Below, piece after piece: positions 38,057-52,500 of a stretch of DNA of 64,000 bases (position 1 is its first letter; every line of letters starts with the position of its first letter). The stretch lies in the NCBI RefSeq assembly GCF_009914755.1, contig NC_060930.1; one strand, written 5' to 3'. Position numbers and translations under genes: made by a program. The stretch comes from the human T2T-CHM13v2.0 reference genome, Homo sapiens. The notes under the pieces are model-generated. The model worked only from the letters and a program-made list of their open reading frames with translations, ran no database searches and was not told where the DNA came from.

Positions 38057-40905
38057 GCCTAGACCTGTAAGTATAGGTTCTAAGCAAGTTTCTTTCTTCC
38101 TGTGATTTAGTCACTTGTTGATTAAATTAATTGTTAAACAAATGCTTGATACACTTCTATTATGTATAAGGCACACTGGAGGCCAATGCTAGATGCTTAA
38201 TAAACATTTAGTAAATAAATTAAAAAATGCTACATTTCAGGAAAACATCTGGTAATATAAACCTAGGGATTCATAAAAGAATATGACCACCATACGCATG
38301 CTGATCAAACTGTTTCATCTTCATGCACCTACAGGCCACACGTGCTCATGAATGAACACAGGGGAGTAGGAATGTAGTGACTTCATGTACATGATGCTCT
38401 TTCTTAAAGGAGGTGACAAAGGGTAAAAAAGCAAACAGCACTGTTATTTCTTTTTACTCTCCAGACCCAGGAAAGTTTGCTGACTTGCTAATAAACGCAA
38501 AAATGTGAAGGCTTTTTATTTGGGAATAACCTGTGAATACCCAGTAAATGTACTTAAGTTATGTGGAATAAAATAATTTTAGCATTGCAAAAATAAATCC
38601 TAGAATTACTGTTGTTGTAGCTTTTCCCTGAATTTGACTTTCCAAAATGTTTATTATAAGCTCTTTATTCTAAAGAGTCTACTATAAGAATTACCCTATT
38701 ATGTCTAGAGACTCGACAGAACAGACCGAAGCTCTTTGCCATATTATATAAAACAGCAACACCATCAATATTATGGTGACACAGTTTTGCAATCCCTTCT
38801 ATCTAACAAAGAACTTTTCAAAACCCTTTCGTGGAGCTAGAATTGCTCAGAAAAAAAGTGGGTGTTTTTTGCAAAATAGGAAGTTCGTTTTTCAAAATAA
38901 GGAAGCTAGGTCTTAAAGAGCTTTTTACACCTGAAGACATTCACTGCACATAAAATACTATTTGTTTCCCCATAAATGATCATCATGTGTTCCAACGTAA
39001 AATATCAGAGACACCTTATTTTTCCCAGTGCCTTTTCTTCCTAATCCTCCTCATGCAATCTCATGGGTCTTCTGCTAACTGCCTCCAAATAAAGGCATAA
39101 ACTGCAGCAAACAGATGGCCAAACTCCTGAACACTTTCTTCCTTGTGCCAAGCTGCTATCGGATGTAAATACATTCCTAGACTGTGTTAAAAGCAGGATC
39201 TTTCTGGTTTCGCTTCAGTGTCTATTACCCAGGTTCTGCTCATTAGAAACTCATTATTATGGACCTAAGTGTCAAGATACATGTTGTAGTGAGGCGCTTC
39301 TACACATGCACAGTAAAACTTTTATCTAGGCCACTAAATACTGCTTCTTATCTGTCAGTTTTCAGTTAATTTACAATGCTAACTTATTTATCAGAACTGG
39401 AAATGGGCCAGGCCTTCAGTGTATTTGATGAGCCTTACAATAACCCTGAATGCACCTGTTAATTTTGCCTTTGGGTAAACAGTTGAAAACTCCTCAGCTA
39501 TTTCCTCAAATTGGGTGGAAACAAAGAAACATGAGATTAAAAAAAAGTCTAGATTAGGGAATTGGAGATGCATTAATTTAAAAAGGGAACAGGGTCAAAC
39601 GAGGGCTAGGAGGCTAATAAGCACAGAGCACACAGCAAAAAAGCTCCCAGCAGGGTAAGAGTTCACTCAATTTATCCGGCGATCTATTCCAGACGCAGTC
39701 AATGATACGTTATTGGATCCAGACCTGCAACTGCTTCCTAAGACCAACCTCACTTAAGTGTCATTGCCCTCCCTTTTAGAAATATTGCTATTACCCAAAC
39801 CTGTTCGCAGGGCAGCTCACTCAGCTGGCAGCCCACTGACTTGTGTTCTTTATGATGCTCCCTCTAACTCCCGTCTCTGCTGTGGGAATTAGGTATAACC
39901 ACCACCATGCAAACCGCAGAACACCCAAGTTGATCCTACTCTACGAGACTTTTAGTACTTTATTACACAGAAAGCCAATCCCTGGGATAACAGACTATAA
40001 ACAACAGCAAATGCTCTATCAGGCAGGCTGTACAAGGTTAAGGACTTTGAGAGATTTACTGGAGAGGTTGTGGACGGGAATGTTCCATCCATCAAATGCG
40101 CTTTCTTACACATTAGATAAAAGAAGAAGAAGAATGGAACGTAGGACATTTTGGCTAAGACATTTAGAAAACTTGTATGTTTGTCCCAAACAACGAGGGG
40201 AAAGGCCGAGTGATTAGCTATGTAATTAAGGCTGCCTTCTAACCTTTTAATTATTATTAATGTGGAAAGTTGTGAGACTGAGAAAACGTGTATTTTATTG
40301 CAACAGGAAATAAGTTTTAGGTATTTGCTGATATCATTTCAACATTAAAATATTTAAATTCATTTGGCAAACAATATAATATTATATTAAAGGGGCTTAT
40401 TGGAAATAACATACTTTATTAAAGTTAGGACCTTCGGGGCAGGGATTTGTTTCTTTCCTGTGCTATCTAATTGTTTGAAAACACACATACTGTATAGCAG
40501 ACCCCATACTGGACAGCAGAACGAGGCATTTAATACATTTAATAAGGGGACTGTGTTTGCGGGGCTATAAATGTGGGCCAGCTAATGAGGAAGTGATCAC
40601 CAGTATTCCAGTATTGGGGAGCTTTCCCTCACTCTGGATTTTACCACTGAACACTATATTTTTTAAAAATAATAATTTTAAAAGAAAAAAAAGAAAAGCT
40701 GGAGTTCAGAATTGCCCACAGAACATGAAATGCTTTTAATGGCAGTCTGAGGTGACTGTGTTTCTTGTTCACAACAAGCACCTTTGATTTGTGGAGATGA
40801 ACACTTTCCAAACGACAGGCTCCACCCACAGCAGACATCCGGAGCAGGCACACACGTGTGTGTCTTGTCACCACCTGGGCAGCTTCTGTGACCATGGGTA
40901 CTAAC

Positions 40906-41190
40906 GTCTCAGCACCCTATCACTGGCAGGGAGAGGCAGGAGGAGAGGCTCCCACACGGAATCACAAGGGTCCCTGAAGGGAGCGAGAAAGAGATGCAGA
41001 ACGTGTTTCTGGACAGTGCCATCTACTTTGTTCTGGGCCATAGCGGAGGCTCTGAAATAAGTCTTTTCCACAGTGGTCACTCCAACCACCGCAGTTTTGC
41101 TGGCAACTCAAATTCAAAGCCATGTGTTGGTGCAGTAGCAGCAGATGAAAACTCAGCGGGGCATTACGCAGTTCCCTCAAAGCCACAGGC
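40906..41190 (-). other. Candidate minus-strand alternative first exon
   Basis: GC/CpG-enriched non-repeat patch. Weak donor GAC|GTTAGT (GT = 40905-40904). gctATGG at 41041. TTTAAA (~41213) and TEAD-type CATTCC (41223-41228) upstream. Confidence 0.25.
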
Positions 41191-41549
41191 CTCAAGAGCT
41201 CGCAAAATGCCCTTTAAATGAAGGAATGGTTACCAATATGTAGTATGCATGCCAAGAACTTAAAATCAAACAATAAATTTACAGTATGTCCTTTTGTTCA
41301 AAATCTTTCAAGGATATTTTCTGTAATAAAAGCTTTTTGCTTAACGAGTAAACTCAAAAATGGCAGTTGAGGTGCATATGAAAAAAACTTCAGTAGCCTT
41401 TCCATTGTAGGCACAGTGATACATTTTCTGTCCTGTGCCTGAGAGCAAACGAGTTTAACAGGGCTTTTTCACTATTTCTTTTATTTTCCACAAGCTTCCC
41501 CTCCACTAAAAAGGTGCGTTTCTTTATAATACTTGCTTTGAAAATTTAG

Positions 41550-41950
<401 letters not shown>

Positions 41951-42186
41951 TGGGATCCGCTTTAAAGTCTGCGCACATCTTGGAGAATGTTCTCATTTCT
42001 GTCCTTGTTGAGAGAAAGGGGAAAGGGGAAATGCAGGCAGGACTTGCTAGGAGAATTTTTTCCCCTTTCCTACTCACTAAGGGCATACAAGAAACTCTGA
42101 AAAGTATCTGAGACATGAAATACTGCCAACACAAGACACAAAACACTGCCTTTTTGGAAAAGGCTGTCTGAAGATTATATAAGGAG

Positions 42187-42577
<391 letters not shown>

Positions 42578-43419
42578 TTATTTCAAGATGTCTATGTGGG
42601 CTGTTAGTAGCCACAGAGCCTAATGAAAATTTCATAAGTTATCCAACAGAAAAGTGATTAGCTATTGAAGACTCAGTTAAAATAGTCTGGGAGATAGAAC
42701 CAAAAGACATTCTTATCAGTTTGAGTTGTCCATATATGGAGAAATATATCAATTCTATGTGGATCAAACTTACTTATTCATTGTAGAAAATCCCCCGAGT
42801 TGAATGAATGAGTCATAAATGCAAGGTGTATTTTTAATTTCCCCCCTTCTGATATCAGTGCCAAATCCTTCCCCTCCATGGTCCTTTAGCACTATTCAGA
42901 GGCAGACAATGCTGCCACTGTTTTCAGAACATGGACATGGTCAAGAGTGGAATAATATAATGATACCATTTCAAGCAGGGCAGCTAAGGTTGTGTCAGCA
43001 TTTCCATTATAAAAACCTCTTTTCAAGGATTAATATCTCAGGTGTAAAAATTCACACCCAGGCAAGATTTGGTAGCAGAAATGCTTTTATTCTGTAAAAC
43101 TGAAAACTATGCTTGTCTTAAAAGTCGTATTTTAATGTGCATCAATTTTCCATACACAGATATGTGATAACAGAACTTAGAGAAAGATGGATTATGAGTC
43201 TGTGTGTATGGATGAGGCCACTGACATTGAGTTTACCTTAATGGCATTATTTTACTGCAAACAAGGGCAAAAATACCACATACCAAATTGGAATTTCAGA
43301 CTTCAGAACTCAGATTTTGTTGTAAACACCAAAACACAACACGCTGATGACAAACTTCCAATGTTCTCTGTTAATCATGTCCTCCAGCACTATTTAGCTC
43401 CTATCTATCCTTTTAGAAG

Positions 43420-43590
43420 AGTGGTTTCCAACTGGGAGTGATTTTATCACCCAAGCTATATGTGGCAATATCTGGAGACATCTGTGATTGTCACAACTGG
43501 GGCTGTCTGGGTGCTTCTAGCAGGCAGAGCTCAGGGACACTGTTGAACAGAACAGCTAGAATTATTTGGTCTAAAATGTCAGTACCACAT
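43420..43590 (+). mobile_element. MER20 (partial)
   Basis: GTGGTTTCCAACTGGGAGTGATTTT...GGCAATATCTGGAGACAT...TTGTCACAACTGGGG...AATTATTTGGTCTAAAATGTCAGT. Confidence 0.8.
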
Positions 43591-46500
43591 TGCAGAGCCA
43601 TTCTCATTCAGCATGTGGGCACACCAGATGCTGCCTGCAGACTCGCGATCTAGCAGCAAGATGGGCCACATTCATGAGCAGCCTTATCTCCAATGTCTTG
43701 AGATTGTCTTGTCTTCTTTTCACGTTTAGAGGAGAGGAGATACCTCAAAATCTCAAATTATCCTGGAATATTTCCTTTATTATCATCCTTTCTTGCTAAG
43801 GGATAGCTCACTCTAAAGCACAGAGATAATTAGTAAATGGAATGAAAAAGAAGATGAGAAATAAGCCATTCTTCACTATTAACTGATGGTTATTTTTTGT
43901 GTTTTCTTTAGAGAAGAAAAGTCTGTGGGTCTGAGATGTGTAGTTGTCAGAAAAAAAATAAAAGTTCCTCATCTGTGGTAGATAAGCACTTGGCATCTAA
44001 AAACCTTTCTGCATTTATTTTGTTGATCTTTGTTTACCTATGACAAATAGAGAGAGCTAACTCCCATACTTTATATGTCAGTTGATCAGCCAAACAATCT
44101 CTGCATATGGTGTCAGGAAAGACATCAGGTGGCTCCAAGTGCCTGTATGACCTGCTCTGGGAAAAGCACTTGGGGATCCATAGACCTAAGACATTCAGAG
44201 TCCCAGAGCTGTTAGCCATTCACATCAACATCTTCTCTAGGTGTCAGCCATTTGCTCAAACCACTAATCAAGCAAATTTTGGTGACTTAAATTACAACTC
44301 ATTTTCTTTCTTATTTCTACCATTGAAGGGAGGGCCTACTTAGTAAAGAAAAAGTAAAAATGCAAGAAGCTGGAGTCTGGCCAAGGATTTTTCAGTTAAC
44401 ACTAAACAGAACAGAGTTCTATTCTAGAACAGAGATCACTGCAGAGTCCAGAATGCAGTCTAGAGAGGGCTGGTACTACTCCCCAAGTATTGAGAGGGTA
44501 CCTGACTTGTTATGTAAACAGCTGTCACCAGGAAGTAGTAAATGAAGTTAAATATCAGAGGAAAAAGAACTCAAAGATCCACTGAGAGAAATATTCAACT
44601 GGACCAAGTGATAAAAATGTTACTTTTGTTAACCAAAATACAGTCTGAGAGCAGGATGCTGACTAGCAGGTTGACAAAGAAACAATATTTTTCAAGAAAA
44701 AAATGTACACAAATTCACCCTTCTGGAAATGGAAACATTTGAAAATGAATTTTAATTTACTTTTTCAACAAATTTTAGGCACCATACAGTCTAACCTTCT
44801 CTTTTCTATCTGCTACTACAATGCACACACACAAACACACGTATGGATGGATGGATGCATGCAGGTACATTACAGGGAGATTCTGACCGTGACAAATTGG
44901 ATTTATAAATACATATTCATACAGACAGTGTGTCTGTGTACCTAATCTCTCAAATCCAAAATCTCCCCACAACCGTTTCAACATCCTCCAGAATTTCAAA
45001 TGGCTGAACAATGAACAGTAAAGTATCTTGGGAATCCTTAACCTCCCTGTAAGTACATAGACTGCCTCAGGGGGTCAGTTTTGTATTTTGGAATTATGGC
45101 TGGTGAGGATCAAACTTGTCGGTAGTGATGGTGATAATGCTGGTGTATGTGTCTTTAAAATACCCTAACTTTTTTCATCTTCTGATTTTGGTGAATAAAG
45201 TTGCTGAAAATGAAAACTCTCTTTATAATTCACACAGGCTTGCCACAACGTCACAGAAATGTGCTCTAACCTACCTGTGAGAGGTTGCCTGTATCTATTC
45301 CTACTTACAACTCAGCAGCTACACTCTCTCCCTTTACTTCCATAAATCAGAAAACTCCTCCTGGCCCTGAAAACATTATTAGCTACCATATGGAGTGCCA
45401 AACTCTACCACTGCTGTAGACATTAGCTCTTCAGATGGCTGAGAGCTAACGTATTTGCCCAATTTGCATTTTAATAGTCTGCAGCTGCAGTGGACTCCTT
45501 TCACTTTATGATGGGGATGCCCCAGCTTTGCTCAAGACAGGCAATCCTGGCATACTGCCCAGAGCAAGGAAGCTGTAGCGGATCTGGACAAAATGCAAGA
45601 GTACAGACTCTTATTTCCAACAGAGTTCAACAGGTAGGGGGCTCCACCCTAGACCCAGCAGCTAGCTTAGAAGTGTTTGGTGTGGAACTCTTTAGGCTGC
45701 GTAGTTTTGATATTCCATCCTAGACATCTTACCCTTGTGACCAATCACTTTGTTCCCTACAGGGCCATGTGGATGTGAACAGAATCCTTCCTTATGTCCA
45801 TCTTGGAGGTGAGAGGCATCAACTCTCATGTGCCACTGAGAGAGAGGGCAAAAATATTAAAAACCATTGCTGGAAGGACACCTTGTGAGTTTGTAAGTTT
45901 TTCAGCACACTTATCATCTAAGAAACTAAACTAATGAACTCAGTCCCAGAATGCATAGAGTTGTCCCACATGCGAATAGATTTCTACCTCTATCAAGAGT
46001 TCCCTGTGCTTTCCAGAGGGAATGAGCACCAGCACTTGCCATTCGAATCTGTCATCAAGATGCTCTCAGGCTCTTATCTCAGACAATGTTGACTCCACTA
46101 CCAAGTTATAAAGTATAAAAGGAAGTGGGTCTTAGAGATGGTACAGAGGAAAACATTCATACGACATTCCTTGTTGTAGTGAACGTAACTGGGTTTTGCA
46201 GTTTTCCCACTTCAAAAAATCACCTGACAGTCCGTATGCTGCGTTCAGTTCCACTCATCATAAAGGGAAGCACAGGATTACCTGGGTGACAGCTTCCAAA
46301 GCCCATGAACCATGAATAAGGCTGGGGACATACGGAGACAGCAGCCTCTGTGGTGTGTTACATTGGATCTGGGCTGAGAGTTGCTGTCTGCTCTAGTATC
46401 TTTATCTCCTTTCACCTTGGAAATTGCTGTTTGGCTCTGGCTAATAGTTGGTTGACTTCAGGATCACAGTAGGGACTAACTTGGAAAGTGCCCTTAAACT

Positions 46501-46907
46501 TATTTTTATCAGGATGCCTCTTATGGTTAAATATATTTGCTTCCTGTTTGTGAGTTGGAGAATTGCCAAGCAGAATGTACACCTCCCTCAGCCTTGAAAG
46601 GATGGATGCTTCTACCTTTTTTGCATTATCGAAGAGATAATAAAGTGTATTTGTGTTATTCACTATATTTTTAGCAAGACTGAGCCCTAGTCCATGTGCA
46701 GACTTCTTGGTTTTGTTTATTAATAAAAATCATATATATGGCTGCAACCATTCTGACAGTCTAGAAGTTGCCACCCTTGTTAGGAACTGCATTTCTGTGA
46801 TTATGATCAAAATATACTAAGGTAGTTGTCTATAATTATCATCTTGGAACACTCATGGGCCATTCTAAGATAAAGAACTACCACATCCACCATAAGCTTG
46901 TGTTATG

Positions 46908-47036
46908 TTTATGACCATCAATGTCACACCATGTTAGAGGAAAGCGCATATATTTATGAAGATCAATGTCACCCTGTGTAAGAGTAACGAATGTATTATA
47001 CTTACGAAGATCTATGTCATACTACCTAAGAGTAAA
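46908..47036 (+). repeat. Degenerate tandem repeat, 3 copies, period 45/48
   Basis: Cores TTTATGACCATCAATGTCAC (46908), TTTATGAAGATCAATGTCAC (46953), CTTACGAAGATCTATGTCAT (47001). Confidence 0.8.
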
Positions 47037-48121
47037 GTTACAGAGTTGAGAGTCAAGAGTCTTATATCCAATTAGCCTACAACTCCAAGTATCTCAGTAC
47101 ATGGAATAAAACATATAAAACAGACAAAAAAAGAAGCTATAATGTAAAACCTAAAAATAATAATAAAACCTAGAGAAAAGTGCTTAGACGTTACCCCTCA
47201 TTTCTTGCAAAGTAAGCTCATATTTAAGTTCAGATGGACCGGGTTAACAATCGCTATTTTTAATGTTAAAATGCCCTAGGGAAGTTATAAACGCACCAAA
47301 TATGCTGTTAACCTTACTTTATATTGTGTGCAGCTGTATGGCTTTGTACCAGGGACCAAACTTTCTAACTGGGCCAGCAAAGTGAAAGAGGCTTTTTTCC
47401 AAAAACCTTTCAATAACAATGCTTTGCTTGTCACTAGATTTCCATTTCATTTTTTTCTACTACTTCACACTAGTATTTGGTTTAGATTTTACTTATTTCC
47501 AATTACTTTCTTTGGTTGTTATTTTCACTGAGAAATGCACACTATATATTACTGAATAGGGATAAAAACAGGGAGAGAAACGTAATGGAGAAAGAAGAGC
47601 AAATTCAAATGTTTATTTCTGACACCGAGAGCCAATGCTTTTTTAACTCCCAAGATCATTCTCTCTGGCAAGTTTAAAGAGACACTTTAACATTTCTATA
47701 GACCTTCCTGGGATCATTAATATTGAGCACCATTTGCTGATCTTATGAGAACGTAATAAAAACGACAATTTTTGTTTTTTCCTTACTGTCTACATAAGAA
47801 GTTACAATCTATTCAACTTTAAAAAATGAATTTTAATGGTTTAAGATCATCTATAAGCCTTGGCAGGGTACATTAAAGGAGAAATGGCCGTATCTCAGTG
47901 CTTTTTTTGTGTTTTGGGGGGGGGCAGGCACTTAACTGAGATGACATAGAAGCACACTGGCAGGATTCTCAGGTCTGAGGTGACGCAGTCTGCCCTACAG
48001 GTCTGTGCTTTGTTTGCAGTCAGACCTGCACAGAGATGGTGCTTCCAGCCAGCCCTGGCAGTAGCTGATTGACTAGCAAACTGTCTTGCAGCTCTTGCTG
48101 ACATCCAGATGCAGCACTTAC

Positions 48122-48269
48122 CCAGGAGTCTGACCGTAGACATTGATACCTCACTGGAAAAGAGGATTCCAACGTGGAACCCTGGTGCTACTTCGGCGCT
48201 GCTGACAGAAATGATGTCTGCAAATGCTGCTGCTTGGACAATGGCCCTCTACAAACTATTTACTAAAAT
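48122..48269 (-). other. Candidate minus-strand internal exon (148 nt, probably 5'UTR or non-coding)
   Basis: Strong donor TGG|GTAAGT (GT = 48121-48120). Acceptor TTTTTATTGTTCTCTGTCATGAAACAG (AG = 48271-48270); alternative AG at 48250-48249. CpG-retaining, non-repeat. Confidence 0.5.
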
Positions 48270-49204
48270 CTGTTTCATGACAGAGAACAATAAAAATAAA
48301 AACCTTCCACCAGGTAGAAAGTCAAATGGAGCTAGGCTGTAGTTTGTTGGATGAAAAAAAGTAATACAAGAAATTCATTCAATTTGGCATAAAACTGCAA
48401 CATTTCAGCTGTAATGGCCACCAAACGTGCAATGAAATGAATCCAATTACCTTCACAAGTTTATGCCTCATGATGATGCTGCACTTCAAACCTTTGCCTT
48501 TTTTGGTTTCGGTTTTTTGAGCCAACGAGAAAGAATCCTAAAGCCCTTGTTTCTGGATGGTCTGTCAAAAGACCAGTAAGGTAGCCTCAGAGGAAGTGCT
48601 GAGGAGCCTCTGGAAGCACAGCCTGGACCAGGAGTGAAGACTGAGGTCTGCCCTTCCACTGAGTGAATGACTGAGGGGTCCCTGCATCTGTTGAGATTCC
48701 CTACTGTGAAATCAGGGGACTGACAGGTGATGTCTGCAGCCCTTACAATAGTCACATTTGATCTCTGAATCAGAACCCTTGATTGTATCTGAAGAACAAA
48801 CATCATAATGTATTATTTAATGCCTTCAAACATATTCAGTCCTTATTTTAAGAAAATAATACATAGGTAAAAATTTTAAAAAATTAGAAAATCTTACTTT
48901 AATATGATTGGAGTAGAGGCCTATTATACAGATTGACCTATAGATTGTCTTGCAGACAGTCCTGAGCCCCACTGGCCTTCTAGACTTCATATTGTAGTGA
49001 ATAAGATAAACTGAAAATAACAGTAAAACAAAACAAAACCCTATATAACAATGTTTAAAAGAGGAATACAAGAATTAAAAATTAACCATTGTATCTCAGA
49101 CTTTAATTATATATAACTTAAAATGTTAAGAATACATATAAATGTGATATGTAATAAAAATCTTATAATGAAGTTCTATGATTTTGTTTCTGAAGTTAAA
49201 AAAT

Positions 49205-49590
49205 AAGTTGATCTATACAATAGATTACCATTCAGCAATCAAAAAGGAATGGACTACTGATATACACAACATGGATAAATCTCAAATGCACATGTGAAGT
49301 AAAAGAAGACAGACTCCAAAAGTTACCCAGAGGATTATTCCATTTATATGATATCCTGGAAAAGGAAAAACATTAGGGCAGAAAACATTAGAGATTATAA
49401 GGTGGGGGCTGGGGAGAGAGAGGAGGAAGCCGACTCTGAAGATGCTCAGGGGAATTTTGTGCAAGATGGATTGTTCTATATCTTGATGATGGTGGTAGTT
49501 ACAGGCCTATATGCAGTTTTTAAATCATAGAACTACATACTAATAACAGTACATTTAACTGTATATAAGTTACACCTCAATACACCTGCC
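49205..49590 (+). mobile_element. L1ME/L1MC-type 3' end fragment
   Basis: CAGCAATCAAAAAGGAATGGACTACTGATATACACAACATGGATAAATCTC...ATTCCATTTATATGATATCC...GTTCTATATCTTGAT. Confidence 0.85.
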
Positions 49591-52500
49591 TAAATGGCTG
49601 ATATTCTCCACCAATATATGTCTGGTGTCCAAAAAAAGGACGAGAAGAGTCTTCTCACATTGTCAACCGTGAAGAAGAGAACGGCTGGTCCACAGGTTTG
49701 GGTTGTAGGAACTTGATGGGGAAGGCAAAATCCAAGGGTACTTTAAGAAGATTAAATAAGCTAAGAAGTTCTCCAACTTGCTGAGTTACATGGCAGGCAC
49801 ACACTGATGGGAAGGAGAGAGGAACCTAGGCAGGTCTGTGTTTGTGATGTGTGCCCAGAAGGGCTGGTGCCTTCTCTAGTCTTGCTCCACTAACTGCACC
49901 AGTCAGCAGCACACTCTCACTCACATGCCCTTGGCCCAGACTCCACTGTTAGGGCAATGAAATATCACGCTTCTCCATTCAAGAACAGAGTTACCGAAAC
50001 AAGATCTGTCTGTCTTTACTCTGCCTTCCAGTTAGTGCACTGTTAAACTACTAAGTAAGATGTCTGCTTCTGAGCCAGATCACTGGAGGAGAGTTTTAGA
50101 AATCACCTGGAGGGTGACGTGCACACAAGGGGAAAGCACCCTCAGTGAATGAAGGAGCAGGAAGCCGACTGACATCTCTAAAGTTCTGGGCTCAGTCCTG
50201 TGTTGAGTTAGTGTTCATTCTGGGAGGATACATGTGTATAAAATGGGAAGAGATGATGAAACATATTTAAACAAAACAAAAGAATGGTTTGCATAATGAA
50301 CAAACAGGACTGAGAATCACACCGTCTAGAGGACCAGGAGGGGCCACTCCAGTGTGGTGCAGCTGGGGATGGTGAGGGGTTTAATTTTACCACACAGCCT
50401 GGGTTAGGCATCTTGGAAACTACATTTTTGATCAGGAGAGGCTGTTCCAGTGGGAATACCAGCCCACAGGGTTGGATTGCTCACACTAACCAGGCTGAGC
50501 AGATTCCTCTAATTTCGGGGCATGAAGCAGAAATGTCAGTGGCTAGAGGGCATCACTGCTCTTTCTCCCAAAAAAAAAAAAAAGAAAAAAAAATGCGAAA
50601 AGGCAGGAGGTATCCCATAGGTTACAGGGAAATGGGCTAATTGGCTAGAGTGATCTGGTCTCCTATCAGCCTCCTGACCTGGTGTCGTGGCCTCTTCTGT
50701 GGAGAAGCCAACATAAGAGAATGGGAAGAAATGCACTTTAGTCCCCAGTCACAGGTGAGTCTAGGGTTTTATAAACACATTTTGTCTTTTCGGACTTCAC
50801 CTCTGAAAAAGTGAGTAGATAGCAAAGTCTACATAAAATAAAATACATTTTATCTGTTGCACTGAAAATTATGATTGTTAAAATCTGAACTGAAAGCAGG
50901 TATTCTTGAATATATTTAGGAAAAGAGAACAACGGAATTACCCAAACTTTTAAATAATAAAAAAGCTTCACAGAGAACATTCACTTCAACCACTTTCCCA
51001 ACCATCTAAGTTTCATTACACTTTAAATCTTTGAGTACTTAACTGGGATTTACAGACAATAACTAGAACAGGAAGGGAGTTGATGATGAGGAAAGAGCAG
51101 ATACTTACTTCTGCACTGGGACTTCGCATTCTTCATAAACCAGACCAATAAAATAACGTTGTTTGATGACTTAAGCTCATTTATTTATTTTTGTGGCAGT
51201 GGGTGATCCATCAGTATTGAAATAGAAATAAAAATTATTTTGTTTAATATTTTAAACTAAAATAATGGTTCTCCCTTTACATCAATACACCTTGAACAAG
51301 AGGTATCAGGAAAAGACAAAGGATCCTGCTGGCACAGCTCGAATCCGGGGGGACATCACTGAAATGTATTAGCAACACACACCACTGCTTTACTCAATGC
51401 TAGGTGCAGCTTATCAAGCTATCAAAGAGAATCTGCTGAATATACCAAGTGTGTCTCAGAAAAAATTCTTTGTATTAGCTAGAACAAGGTTAACAAACAT
51501 TATAACTGTTCATAAAAGGATTCTGTGATTAATATATTTCCACAACTTGCTGGAGCTTGTACTGATTAGTCTTTGCCAAAGAACCTTTCCCAGCTGCATT
51601 CAGCAATATCCTGGAATGACAACCCTGTCAAATTAACTTGAAAACATCTAACGTTTTATTCACATAGTTCCCTGGGTAAAAAAATTCCATACTTCTTATT
51701 ATGTTGTGCCGGTGATCTACATTCTTCTTTAGAATAAAATAATGGGGATAACATAAGATTTATTGGAGGAGAGCTATAGTTTTTATGCATATAATGTCTA
51801 TAACACTTATGAGTAAGTCTTTCAAGCAACATTGTCTCTTCCAAATATAAAACATACAACTTATACAAAACACTGAGAAAACATCCCAAAAATTGGATAA
51901 GTTAAATACTAAAGGTATAGATAATTCATTATGAGTAATAACTGTTAAAGGCTAAACTAGCCACATTATTCTACTTTTTAACATGTAAAATGTTTGCATT
52001 TTTATCCTGCAGAAAAAAGAAGCTTTTTTAGTAACTCTGATTTTAAACATTAAATTCAAAGGTTTCTGATTGTTATCTGTTGCATCGATGGTTTTTATTA
52101 CCTGTGTGGCTGTAAGGGGCTAGGGGGATCTTAATGAACTGGCCCTATCAATTAGCTCTTAGGAGGTGTTAAAATCACCCATAACCATTAGTTTCTTTCA
52201 CATGTTTAGGAAAACCCACCATAGGAAAAATTCTCGCAAGTAAAAAAGAAAATGTTTTTACGATTTCACTTCAGAGGGTATATTTTTCCTTATTTAAGTA
52301 CATATTTGTGTTTAAGAAGGGTGGGAGTGGAAACAGCACCCACAAACGTTTGGCTGTAAAACTCTAAGGTATTATGTAATGTGTCCACATATTAATTCTT
52401 TATATAGCACTTATAAACACAGAAAAATATTGTGTGTGTGCGTGCATGTGTGTGTGTGTTCCAATATAAGTGGGGAAGGGGACATTCAGTATCTCTCAAT

